Shown piece by piece: positions 53,799-64,000 of a DNA stretch of 64,000 nucleotides. Source of the stretch: Octopus sinensis (taxonomy: Eukaryota); contig NC_043002.1 of the NCBI RefSeq assembly GCF_006345805.1, forward strand, positions 18,662,001 to 18,726,000, written 5' to 3'. A program made the position numbers and the translations under genes. Each line of letters opens with the position of its first letter. Position 1 is the first letter of the stretch. The notes beneath the pieces were generated by a model that saw only the letters and a program-made list of their open reading frames with translations, was not told the origin of the DNA and did not search any database.

Positions 53799-54158
53799 AA
53801 AAACGACGACGCCGTGGAGATCTCATTCTTTGCTCACAACATCATAAGCGGAAAGTGTAACCTCTCGAAAGAGCTGTTCTTCACTCCTGCTCCAGAGCGT
53901 CGGCTGCGGGGTCATTCCGAAAAGCTCTATCTGCGACGGTTTCATCTCAATCGAAAGAGAGGGGCTTTCTCCGTCCGGGTTGCGGATCCGTGGAATAAGC
54001 TGCCAGACGAGATGGTGAAGACACCAACGACCGCTCGGTTCAAAGTCTCCCTTGACCTCAAGTGGCCTGAACTCTTTACATGAACACCACCCTGTACATA
54101 ACTCCATGGCCTTGCTTTTTGCTTTTTGAGCCAAAAAATTAACTAACTAACTAACTAA
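53799..54158 (+). mobile_element. CR1-type LINE 3' end (family 2), second copy
   Basis: Near-identical inverted copy of 49393-49760; ORF 53814-54083; (AACT)n tail. Confidence 0.92.
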
Positions 54159-56473
54159 TTATTTTTCAGGCTTTTAACCTCTTCTTTAGAGCATATGTAC
54201 ATTTACACTTCAGTTCAACTCATTCAGTCTCCAATCAGGAAGTCTTAAGATGATGATAACCAGAAACTGAACTGATCAAGCTTATCATACATGCTGTAAA
54301 GTGGTTGGCATTAAGAGAGGCATCCAGCTATCAAGACAATATCAAACAGACGCTGGGATATGATGCAGTCCTTGGGCCTACTGGATCCTGCCAAATCATA
54401 CAAACTATGTCAGCATGATGATGATAATGATACCAACCCAGCTGAGACCACTCATGGTCCTGTGATACAAACTTCCTGTTTTGAAGTGATGTACATAAAA
54501 ACTTTTCATGAATATCTCATGTCAATTTATGTACTAAACACCAGCTTTACAATGACAAAGTGATTTTACTTGTTTCAGTCATTTGACTGCGGCCATGCTG
54601 GAGCACTGCCTTTAGTCAAGCAAATCGACCCCAGGACTTATTCTATCGGTCTCTTTTGCCGAACTGCTAAGTTACAGGGACGTAAACACACCAGCATTGG
54701 TTGTCAAGCAATGTTGGGGGGGACAAACAGACACACACATATATATATACATATATATGATGGGCTTCTTTCAGTTTCCGTCTACCAAATCCACTCACAA
54801 AGCTTTGGTCGGCCTGAGGTTATAGTAGAAGACACTTGCCCAAGGTGCAGTGCAGTGGGACTGAACCTGGAACCATGTGGTTGGTAAGCAAGCTACTTAC
54901 CACACAGCCACTCCTGGGAGTTAACATTTTAAGGATGTGGTCCTGGTTATTTTAGGGATGTGCTCTTACTGAGTGAGATCTCATGAAGCTGTGAGGGCCT
55001 AATATTGAAGCAACTTTGTGGCAATACTGCTCATGTTTTTAGGTTGGGTTCAGTGCAGTATGGGTGATGGTTGTGTTTTTTGCTACTAAGACAAGATTGG
55101 AGACCTCCAGTAGGGCCATAGCATTCATAGAATCAAATGGAACCTCCACCCATGGAATCAACCCAGGTTTGTCATGTAGTGATTGTAAACGACATACATA
55201 TTGGGAATGCTAGGGAGGAACAAAGAATAGTATTAAGTGTATAAGCATGGCCAGCATTGGACATAGAAAATGTGATGGGAAGCAAAGCATTGATGTGTAA
55301 AATGATAAAACTGAATCCTGGGACACAGCAGTGTTGATAGAGTTTGAGACAGAAAGAGCTGTCACCACGCAAACTTAGTGCAGATCCAAGAGATGGCAAA
55401 CAGATGGAGCCAATTAATAAGTAATATCAAAAAGGAAATTTGTATATCTGACATGGTTGGGTCAAAATTTCTCTAAAGAATGACCCATTGGTCAGCGATG
55501 TCAGACAGTAGGTCTCCAGTGGCTCTTGCTTCACTGCAGTGAGAACACTTCATGCACTTTGGCTTTGTTGGGCATTTTCAATAATGTACTCACAGCCAGT
55601 ATGTGTAAACAAAACCCATTGCCATTGATGAAAACATGGATTTCAAGGCCAAATGATATTGAAGATTTTATACGAATGTATTCGAGTGAGATCGTTGCCA
55701 GTGCCGCTGGACTGGCTTCTGTACAGGTGACACATAAAAAAGCACCATTTGAGTGTGGCCGTTGCCAGTACTGCTTGACTGGCCCTTGTGCCGGTGGCAT
55801 GTAAAAGCACCTACTACACTCTTGGAGTGGTTGGTGTTAGGAAGGGCATCCAGTTGTAGAAACTTTGCCAGATCAGATTGGAACCTGGTGCAGCCATCTG
55901 GTTCGCCAGTCCTCAGTCAAATCGTCCAACCCATGCTAGCATGGAAAGCAGACGTAAAACGATGATGATGATGAATAACAGTGAATAAACAGTTATTGGT
56001 GTTGCAAGTAACAGCACATGAGCGAATTTGAACTCAAAATACAGAGGGCTGGAACAGATAATGCAAGGTATCCCGTCTTAGCTTGACATTTCCATAAGTT
56101 CAGTGCCCTGCACTGATATTTTTATCAGCTCCTAAGATGGAAGCAAAATAGATTTCAGTGAGATTTGAATTCAAAGTCTAGGTATTTGAAACAAATACCG
56201 CAAAACATTCTACCCAACAATGTCATTTTAATGCCTATAACTTCTGCTTAACTAAAAGTTCACATCTGTTTCCACAATGCTCATTTCATTACATAATTAA
56301 AATCTGGTTTTCAACTCAACACATTTGCTTAACATGACAATGCTATAATAGTCTCAAAATAAAAATAGATGGGCAATTGCTGCCATTGGCTATAAGCATA
56401 ATGTGTTAATAAAACATTCATTTAGTTCATAATTTACATTCAACGGATATTTGTCCTCATCTTGTGTGTTGTT

Positions 56474-56519
56474 AACACAACGTTTCGGCTGATATACCCT
56501 CCAGCCTTCTTCAGGTGTC
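56474..56519 (-). ncRNA. Minimal type I hammerhead ribozyme (Penelope-like), left arm
   Basis: Minus strand reads GACAC-CUGAAGA-A-GGCUG(GAGGGUAUAU)CAGCC-GAAAC-GUU-GUGUU: core boxes, perfect helix II, helix I GACAC/GUGUU, palindromic AC|GU helix III. Confidence 0.7.
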
Positions 56520-56585
56520 TTGGGGAAATTTTGAACCTGGGTTCTCATTCCTAAGGTATTTTTCGATATTATTATTATTATTATT

Positions 56586-56659
56586 CAGGTTACTGCTTGG
56601 AATTGAACTCAGAATCTTGGGGTTAGTAGCCTGTGCTCTTAACCACTACGCCATATGCC
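56586..56659 (-). promoter_or_regulatory. tRNA-derived Pol III promoter (SINE-like head)
   Basis: A box TGGCGTAGTGG and B box GAGTTCAATTCC at tRNA spacing. No intact acceptor stem, so not a tRNA gene. Confidence 0.75.
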
Positions 56660-56731
56660 TGTAGGCATAATAATAATAATAACATCAAAAATTTCCTTAG
56701 GAATGAGAACCCAGGTTCGAAATTTCCCCAA

Positions 56732-56777
56732 GACACCTGAAGAAGGCTGGAGGGTATATCAGCTGAAACGTTGTGTT
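56732..56777 (+). ncRNA. Minimal type I hammerhead ribozyme (Penelope-like), right arm
   Basis: CTGAAGA at 56737-56743, GGCTG/CAGCT stem, GAAAC at 56765-56769, GTT, then GTGTT pairing with GACAC. Confidence 0.65.
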
Positions 56778-57473
56778 AACAACAAACAAAATGAGGACAA
56801 ATATCCATCGAATGTAAATAATTCCTCATCTCTTAAATATAGAACTGTATTCATTTAGTTGTTCAAAAAATAATTTGCAATTTACTCAAAAGACAAGAGC
56901 AATTCTTCAAAAGGTTGGTTCTGTTACCTTGACAGATACCATTGTCCCTACTTAATAGAGACAGGAATAGAAGGACACAGTCTAATGCTTCAGTAACAAA
57001 TTAACTTGAATTTAAAATAGCATCTACGAAAAACAAATGAAGTCAGTTATATAATATGAATCATATTTATATATACTCAGTAGATATTCCATCTACCAAA
57101 TCCACTCAAAAGACTTTGGTTGGCCCAGGGTTACAACAGAAGACACTTGTCCAAGGCACTGTGCAATAGGACAAAATCCAAAACCATGTGATTAAGAAAC
57201 AAACTGTTTAACTAATCATATTGGACAATTATCATTTCTATGTCTACTTTTCTATGCTTACAAAGATAAGATAGAATTCAGTGAGCCAGACTTTCTAGTT
57301 AGATACCCTTGTTGCCAACACTCACCTGTTCCCAAGCAAGGTAATATTTCCCCATGGCTAGAGATGCTTGCCGCCTAAATTACACAAAGATGAAAATAAT
57401 ATTGATATCTCATTTTAACAGATATATTTACCAAAATTAGATGAAAATATCTTGAAATACTAAAGAGTAAATT

Positions 57474-57790
57474 TATTCAATAAAATCGCCATTGGCTTCA
57501 ATCATGGCCTCCAGATGACTTCGGAATCTCCTGCAACTCTTTTGGACAGTCTCCTTGTTTAAGTTGGTGAATGCTGCCATAATCTTTGGTGTTACAAGGA
57601 GTTTTGTTGGTCTCTTACTCTACTGCACCCCACACATAATAATCAAGGGGGTTGCAGTCTGGGGAGTTAGGTGGCCAGATGTAGAGGTGATGTGGTCACA
57701 GAAATTGTCTGACAGCCATGACTGGGTTCTCCTGTTTGTGTGGCATGGTGCAAACATAGGGTCTTGCAAACATAGGTCACCCTCTTGACC
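57474..57790 (-). mobile_element. Tc1/mariner-superfamily transposase C-terminal remnant
   Basis: Minus strand reads APCHTNRRTQSWL..WPPNSPDCNPLDYYVWGAVE..CRRFRSHLEAMIEANGDF. Confidence 0.85.
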
Positions 57791-59411
57791 CAGGACAGCA
57801 TTTATGAAATTCATCTCCCATTGTTGCTAAAACATTCGACTTTAAGCAGTTTAGCCAAAGGAGAAAGAACACCTATGATCTTCTGAAGAGGTTTCATTAC
57901 CTTCCAAGGAAACAGTTTAGTGTTGGCCACAGGAAGGGCATCCAGCCATAGAAAATTTGCCTCAATGAATTCTGCCCAACCCATACAAGCATAGAAAAAT
58001 GGATGCTAAAACATTGATGATAAAGACTAAATACTCTTAGAGTTATTAATATTAATATTGTCTCAATCAAACTCATCAGCCTTCGGTATTCTAATAATAT
58101 AAACTCTTTGCCATGACTAAAGGCACATAGGTAGCAAATATTTTCTACGTAATTATATGAAATTCCCAAATCTTTCAAAATCAGTCCTCTCTTTATATGT
58201 TGGCTCTCGGACAATTCAATATTATTACTAGGATTGATAATTCTACTTCAAATTATAGTCCAAAATCTCAAGAGTTCTAGAAATATTTCCAACAAACTTA
58301 TATTTATGGTCAAGCCTCTGGCAGTGAAGACCTGCTGCGTTTTCGACCCCCAGACTATATCCCTGCTCACTATAACAGCAGAGATGACTACCCGCAAGAG
58401 CGAGCCCAATGAGTCAAGAGTAACTGTTTCAGTGCATCTCCCAGGACATTGTCTTTCCCATCTTTGTCTGCTGGGACCTTGAGGGAGAATAAATTACAGA
58501 AAATTGTACATTCCCCTCCTTAATGTGAAGTTACTCCATATAGTTTGTAAGAGTGATTCAAAAGTCAAGTTAAAAATAAAGCCAAAAATATGAACATAAA
58601 ACAAAGTATACAAAATTTTTTAAGATCTAGAAAAATGTTTCATAAAATTTCAATCTCCTGACAAGGTTTAAAAAAAAAAATAAAGATCAAAAAATTAAAA
58701 ACAAATTAGTTTGGGATAATGAAAAAGAAAAGTGATCTGACAGCTGTCATAATATGGTTTTAGTTAACTTGAACACTTCACTTTAAGTCCTGAACAGTCA
58801 AGACTATCTGGGGATTGGCTCAAAGGATGAGCAGGTTGTGTTGTGTTAAGTATTGGCTCAAAGGTTGAGCAGGTCAAGTTATATATAGGAAAAGATATAT
58901 TCTTTTTCTAGTAATTGCAGTAAGAGCACACTTCCAAATCTTAAAAAAAAAAAGAAAAAAAAATCCACTATCTGACCTAAATTAATTGCAAGAATCAAGT
59001 TGAAGTATTTCGTGCAATTCAATTGTCAAGATTATTTAAAATTTTAAATAAAAAACAATTGGAGACAAAACAAAAATACAATAAATGTATTGCAGAAATA
59101 TATTTTATAACAAAATAAAATGTATAAAGTAAAGAGAAAACATTCTGAAAATGGTAAAATTTATTATTAAATCCTACCTTAAAAAGGATAAAAACAGAAA
59201 AAGTGTGTTACTGAATATTAATTGTAGGTGAAAGATGCACCTTGTTCGAAAACAAGGGAAAATAGGTTTACAATTAAGGTAAACTTAATCTTATAATAGT
59301 TAGATGTTACAAAGGCTAAGTTTGTAAGTGTAAAGTAATTGGACAGCAAACCAAAGAAGCAATTATATAATAATATTTTTAGCATGCAGCCACACAATGA
59401 ATTTAGCTGGA

Positions 59412-59509
59412 CTAAAAAGGCCAATGACCATTTGTTGTCCCAAAAACCTCATGGACAGAGTAGAGGAAACCACCCTCTACAGCATCACAATTCAAGTCTA
59501 CCTCAATGG
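59412..59509 (-). other. Candidate exon of a minus-strand transcript
   Basis: Acceptor TTTGATTTCATTTACAG. One frame reads IEVDLNCDAVEGGFLYSVHEVFGTTNGHWPF*; coding status unresolved. Confidence 0.3.
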
Positions 59510-59812
59510 CTGTAAATGAAATCAAATGAAGCAATAGTGATGTGTGGTTGAAATAAAACAAGCAAGCATATTTAGTCTAAACAAATAGCAATCAATAAGT
59601 AATAAGTTTACCCGTGAATAAGTTAACTTGGCATTCTCGGATTATATATATATATATATTATATTATATATATATATATTGTAATAATATGAGGGAATAT
59701 TATTCCAAACTTACAGGGAAAAATTCAATTTAGAAATACCAAATCAAATTTCACAAAATATAATATATATATATATATAAATTAGAAGGTGATAAAAGGT
59801 TTTTGTTTTCTA

Positions 59813-59844
<32 letters not shown>

Positions 59845-60003
59845 ATAGCAATACAGACAAGTTAAAGGTAATTTATTGGAAAAAAAAAAGTACAATAGCC
59901 AGTTATCTTCAACAAATAAAGTATTCAGCATACTTCTGTATTAACAATAAGGATAAGTTATATAGAGAGACTAAGGGAGGTAAGAATAATTTATTAGCCT
60001 CAC

Positions 60004-60095
60004 CCAACAAACAAAATTTTTTGACTAGAGGCATTGCTACTGTACCATTACATAGATCCTGAAATCCCACCAATTGTCCTTAGTTTATGATCTGT
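60004..60095 (-). other. Candidate 92-bp exon of a minus-strand transcript
   Basis: Branch-like CTAAT, acceptor TATTTGCAG and donor GG|GTGAGG. All three frames contain a stop; phase 0 reads TDHKLRTIGGISGSM*. Confidence 0.4.
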
Positions 60096-60630
60096 CTGCA
60101 AATAGCAAATTATGAATTAGCCAGTAACAAAGGCCCGCAACTACTATCAAATGTTCAATAACTGAACTAGTTTAAATGGTAGATATCATGGTTTAATATA
60201 TACAATGTCTAAGGTGGCAAACTGGCAGAATCATTAGCATGCCAGGCAAAATGCTTAGCGGCATTTCATCCATCCTTACATTCTGAGTTCAAATTCCGCC
60301 AAGGTCGATTTTGCCTTTCAACTTTTGGGGTTTAATGAAATATGTACCAGTTACACACTGGTAGAAAGGAATATATACAAAATCTCAAGATTATATGAAT
60401 CACTCTATGTATGTATATTCTTTTATTTGTTTCAGTCATTTAACTGCAGCCATGCTGGAGCACTGCCTTAAAGGGTGTTTTAGTTAAAGAAAATGATATC
60501 ATGACTTATTCTTTGTAAGCCTAGTACCTATTCCATCAGATCTCTTTTGCCGAACTGCTAAGTTACAGGGTTGTAAACACCAACATCAGTTGTCAAGCGA
60601 TGGTTGGGGGGACTGACAGACAGACACACA

Positions 60631-62352
60631 CAAATCAAATCAAATCAAAACAAATCAAAATAGATGAACATCAGTGGAATTGTATTCTTTGTGGTACCAG
60701 TGCCGGTGGCACACAAGAAAACCACCCAAACGTGGCCGTAACCAGTACCGCATCGACTGGCCTCCGTGCTGTGGGCACAACAAACACCATCCGATCGTGG
60801 CCGTTCGCCAGCCTCATCTGGCACCTGTGCCGGTGGCACATAAAGACACCATCCGAAGACCCGGCGACGTAGTCAGTCCACCTGTGCATACCTTCCCTCT
60901 TATGACACTTGTGAAGACCTGTTGAGGCAAGTGTGTGACACTTGTGAAGACCTGTGAGGCAAGTGAAAATCAAAAATCAAAAATCAAACCAAATCAAAAT
61001 GATGAATATCAATGGAATTTGTATCTTTGTGGTTCCAGTACCGGTGGCACACAAGAAAACCATCCGAAGTGGCCGTAGCTGGTACCGCATCGACTGGCCT
61101 CCGTGCTGTGGGCACAAAAAACACCATCTGATCGTGGCCGTTCGCCAGCCTCACCTGGCACCTGTGTCGGGGCACATAAAAACACCATCCAAAGACCCGG
61201 CGACGTAGTCAGTCCACCTGTGCATACCTTCCCTCTTATGACACTTGTGAAGACCTGTTGAGGCAGAGGCAAGTGTGTGACACTTGTGAAGACCTGTTGA
61301 GGCAGAGGCAAGTGTGTGACACTTGTGGAGACCTGTTGAGGCAAGTGTGTGACACGCGTGACACTTGTGAAGACCTGTTGAGGCAAGTGAAAATCAAACC
61401 AAATCAAAATAGATGAACATCAATGGAATTTGTATCTTTGTGGTTCCAGTACCGGTGGCACACAAGGACACGCGTGACACTTGTGAAGACCTGTTGAGGC
61501 AAGTGAAAATCAAACCAAATCAAAATAGATGAACATCAATGGAATTTGTATCTTTGTGGTTCCAGTACGGTGGCACACAAGAAAACCATCCGATCGTGGC
61601 CGTTCGCCAGCCACATCTGGCACCTGTGTCGGTGGCACATAAAGACACCATCCGAAGACCCGGCGACGTAGACAGTCCACCTGTGCATACCTTCCTTCTT
61701 GTGACACTTGTGAAGACCTGTTGAGGCAAGTGACACTTGTGAAGACCTGTTGAGGCAAGTGAAAATCAAATCAAATCAAAACAAATCAAAACAGATGAGC
61801 ATAAATGGAATTTGTATCTTTGTGGTACCAGTGCCGGTGGCACACAAGAAAATCATCCGAACGTGGCCGTAGCCAGTACCGCATAGACTGGCCTCCGTGC
61901 TTTGGGGACGTAACAAACACCATCCGATCGTGGCCGTCCGCCAGCCTCATCTGGCACCTGTGTCGGTGGCACATAAAAACACCATCCGAGCGTGGCCGTC
62001 TGCCAGCCTCGTCTGGCACCTGCAGCCTCATCTGGCACCTGTGTCGGTGGCACATAAAAACACCATCCGAGCGTGGCCGTCTGCCAGCCTCGTCTGGCAC
62101 CTGTGTCGGTGGCACATAAAAACACCATCCGAGCGTGGCCGTTCGCCAGCCTCGTCTGGCACCTGTGTCGGTGGCACATAAAATCACCCACTACACTCTC
62201 GGAGTGGTTGGCGTTAGGAAGGGCATCCAGCTGTAGAAACACTGCCAGATCTGACTGGCCTGGTGCAGCCTTCGGGCTCCCCAGACCCCAGTTGAACCGT
62301 CCAACCCATGCTAGCATGGAAAACGGACGCTAAATGATGATGATGATGATGA
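60631..62352 (+). repeat. Higher-order tandem array built from the RTE 3'UTR, ending in the family B terminus and (GAT)n
   Basis: Five imperfect units, each starting (CAAAT)n-AGATGAACATC. Nested ~30-bp (GACACTTGTGAAGACCTGTTGAGGCAAGTG) and ~63-bp subunits. Confidence 0.9.
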
Positions 62353-63432
62353 TACACACACACACACACAATAGGTTTCTTCCAGTTTCCACCTACCAAA
62401 TCGACTCAGAAGGGATTGGTTGGCCCAAGAAGTGGGGGTGAGAAAGCCATATAAAAAAAAAAAGAAAGAAAAAGAGATTCAATTCTGAGGCGCATGAGTG
62501 GCTGTGTGGTAAGTAGTTTGCTTACCAACCATATGGTTCCGGGTTCAGTCCCACTGTGTGGCACCTTGGGTAGGTGTCTTCTGCTATAGCCTCAGGCCCA
62601 CCAAAGCCTTGTGAGTGGATTTGGTAGACGGAAACTGAAAGAAGCCCGTCGTATATATGTGTGTGTGCGCGTATGTTTGTCCCCCCAACATCGCTTGACA
62701 ACCGATGATAGTGTGTTTATGTCCCCATAACTTAGTGGTTCGGCAAAAGACCGATAGAATATGTACTAGGCTTACAAAGAATAATTCCTGGTGTCGATTT
62801 TCTCGACTAAAGGCAGTGCTCCAGCATGGCCACAGTCAAATGACTGAAACAAGTAAAGAGTAAGAGTCATTTACTTCTAAACATGTTTCACCGGAAACAA
62901 ACAATGATACATTTTTAACAATAAAAACAGAATTTATATGAAAACCATTATCTGTTGCATATAGCAACAATACAATTGAATATATTTCAGTTTTACTACA
63001 ACTAGGCATGTAGCTGGCCAAGAGTATGCATGAGTGACAAGGCCCAACAGGTCAAACTGCATTTGGTTTTCTCATTAACCACTGCTGGGACTTCTTGTCT
63101 CTCAGATACATATTGGGATACTAAACACAGCAGGTCCATAACAGATGTCTCTCAGGACGAAAACTGCACTAAATTTGTATTTCAACAATGTATTTACATC
63201 AACTACAGTACATAGATAGTTATATAACATACATACATAAATATATATACACTCACATGCATATAGTATGAAGCACAGGTGTGGTTGTGTGGTAAGAAAT
63301 TTGCTTCCCAATCACATGGTTCTGGGTTCAGTCCCATGGCATGGCACCTTATGCAAGTGTCTTCTACTACAGCCTGGGGCCAACCAAAGTTTTGTGAGTG
63401 GATATGGTAGATGGAAACTGAAAGAAGCCTAT

Positions 63433-63654
63433 CTGAACTGATGAAAACGCAGCTCAAAGATGACTGTTGTCGAAATCAAGAGCGAATCACTGAAGGTCTT
63501 TGACTTGCTTACAGAAAACAACTTCCAGGCCAAATTCCAAAAGTGGTAGGAACACCAGGACCAGTGCATTGCTGTGCAAGGTGACTATTTCGAAGGAGAA
63601 GATGCGAAAACTTAGGTATATAAATTATTTTTTATTAAACATAACTAGTCCAAA

Positions 63655-63655
<1 letters not shown>
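63433..63655 (+). mobile_element. Mariner transposase C-terminal remnant
   Basis: Reads [30 protein letters not shown], matching the F..W..RW..CI...G.YFEG mariner terminus. Confidence 0.75.
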
Positions 63656-63912
<257 letters not shown>

Positions 63913-64000
63913 AAACCATAACTAAAGACAGAAAAAGCAATCACTACATTTATCTGTTTAATTGATAAAATGTAGTAATAATGAAAATACTAGTTAAAAC

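Larger units (their letters stand above)
56428..56848. mobile_element. Composite element: inverted hammerhead-bearing arms around a tRNA-like head
   Basis: 12-bp TSD ATTCATTTAGTT at 56416-56427 and 56849-56860. Arms 56432-56585 and about 56667-56819 are reverse complements. Confidence 0.85.

Noticed and set aside
56586-56659. tRNA gene
   Set aside because: A and B boxes are present but there is no acceptor stem or T-run terminator. The same applies to the heads at 32873, 28486 and 8236.
58806-58875. 38-bp tandem duplication (similar short ones at 20777-20880 and 21836-21880)
   Set aside because: Ordinary local slippage with no sign of function.
60600-62399. Many overlapping ORFs and a CRISPR-like look
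   Set aside because: The intervening segments are themselves repeated rather than unique spacers, there are no cas genes, and the context is eukaryotic. The array is RTE 3'UTR sequence.

Overview
AT-rich, microsatellite-dense eukaryotic DNA, most likely from an octopus or other coleoid cephalopod. That assignment is inferred from the tRNA-derived SINE families; no database search was run. Much of the window is retroposon and transposon debris: several SINE families, RTE, CR1 and R4-like LINE ends, mariner/Tc1, hAT and piggyBac MITEs, and Helitrons. The one well-supported host coding region is a 71-aa Cys-rich membrane microprotein (53370-53585, +) with an acceptor site and polyA signal. It may be the last exon of a very long transcription unit starting near 2.5-3.6 kb. 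Weaker minus-strand exon candidates lie at 58.3-60.1 kb. The most unusual element is a 421-bp insertion (56428-56848) bounded by a perfect 12-bp target duplication. It has a tRNA-like Pol III head between two inverted arms, each carrying a minimal Penelope-type hammerhead ribozyme. A second, Helitron-interrupted copy lies at 6.9-7.5 kb, and a different palindrome with U3-A8 variant hammerhead cores lies at 26.1-26.3 kb. Two SINE-LINE tail partnerships and a 1.7-kb higher-order array built from an RTE 3'UTR are also visible. Repeat boundaries were read by eye and are approximate unless a TSD or TIR is quoted. Most ORFs in the track are microsatellite or SINE artefacts.
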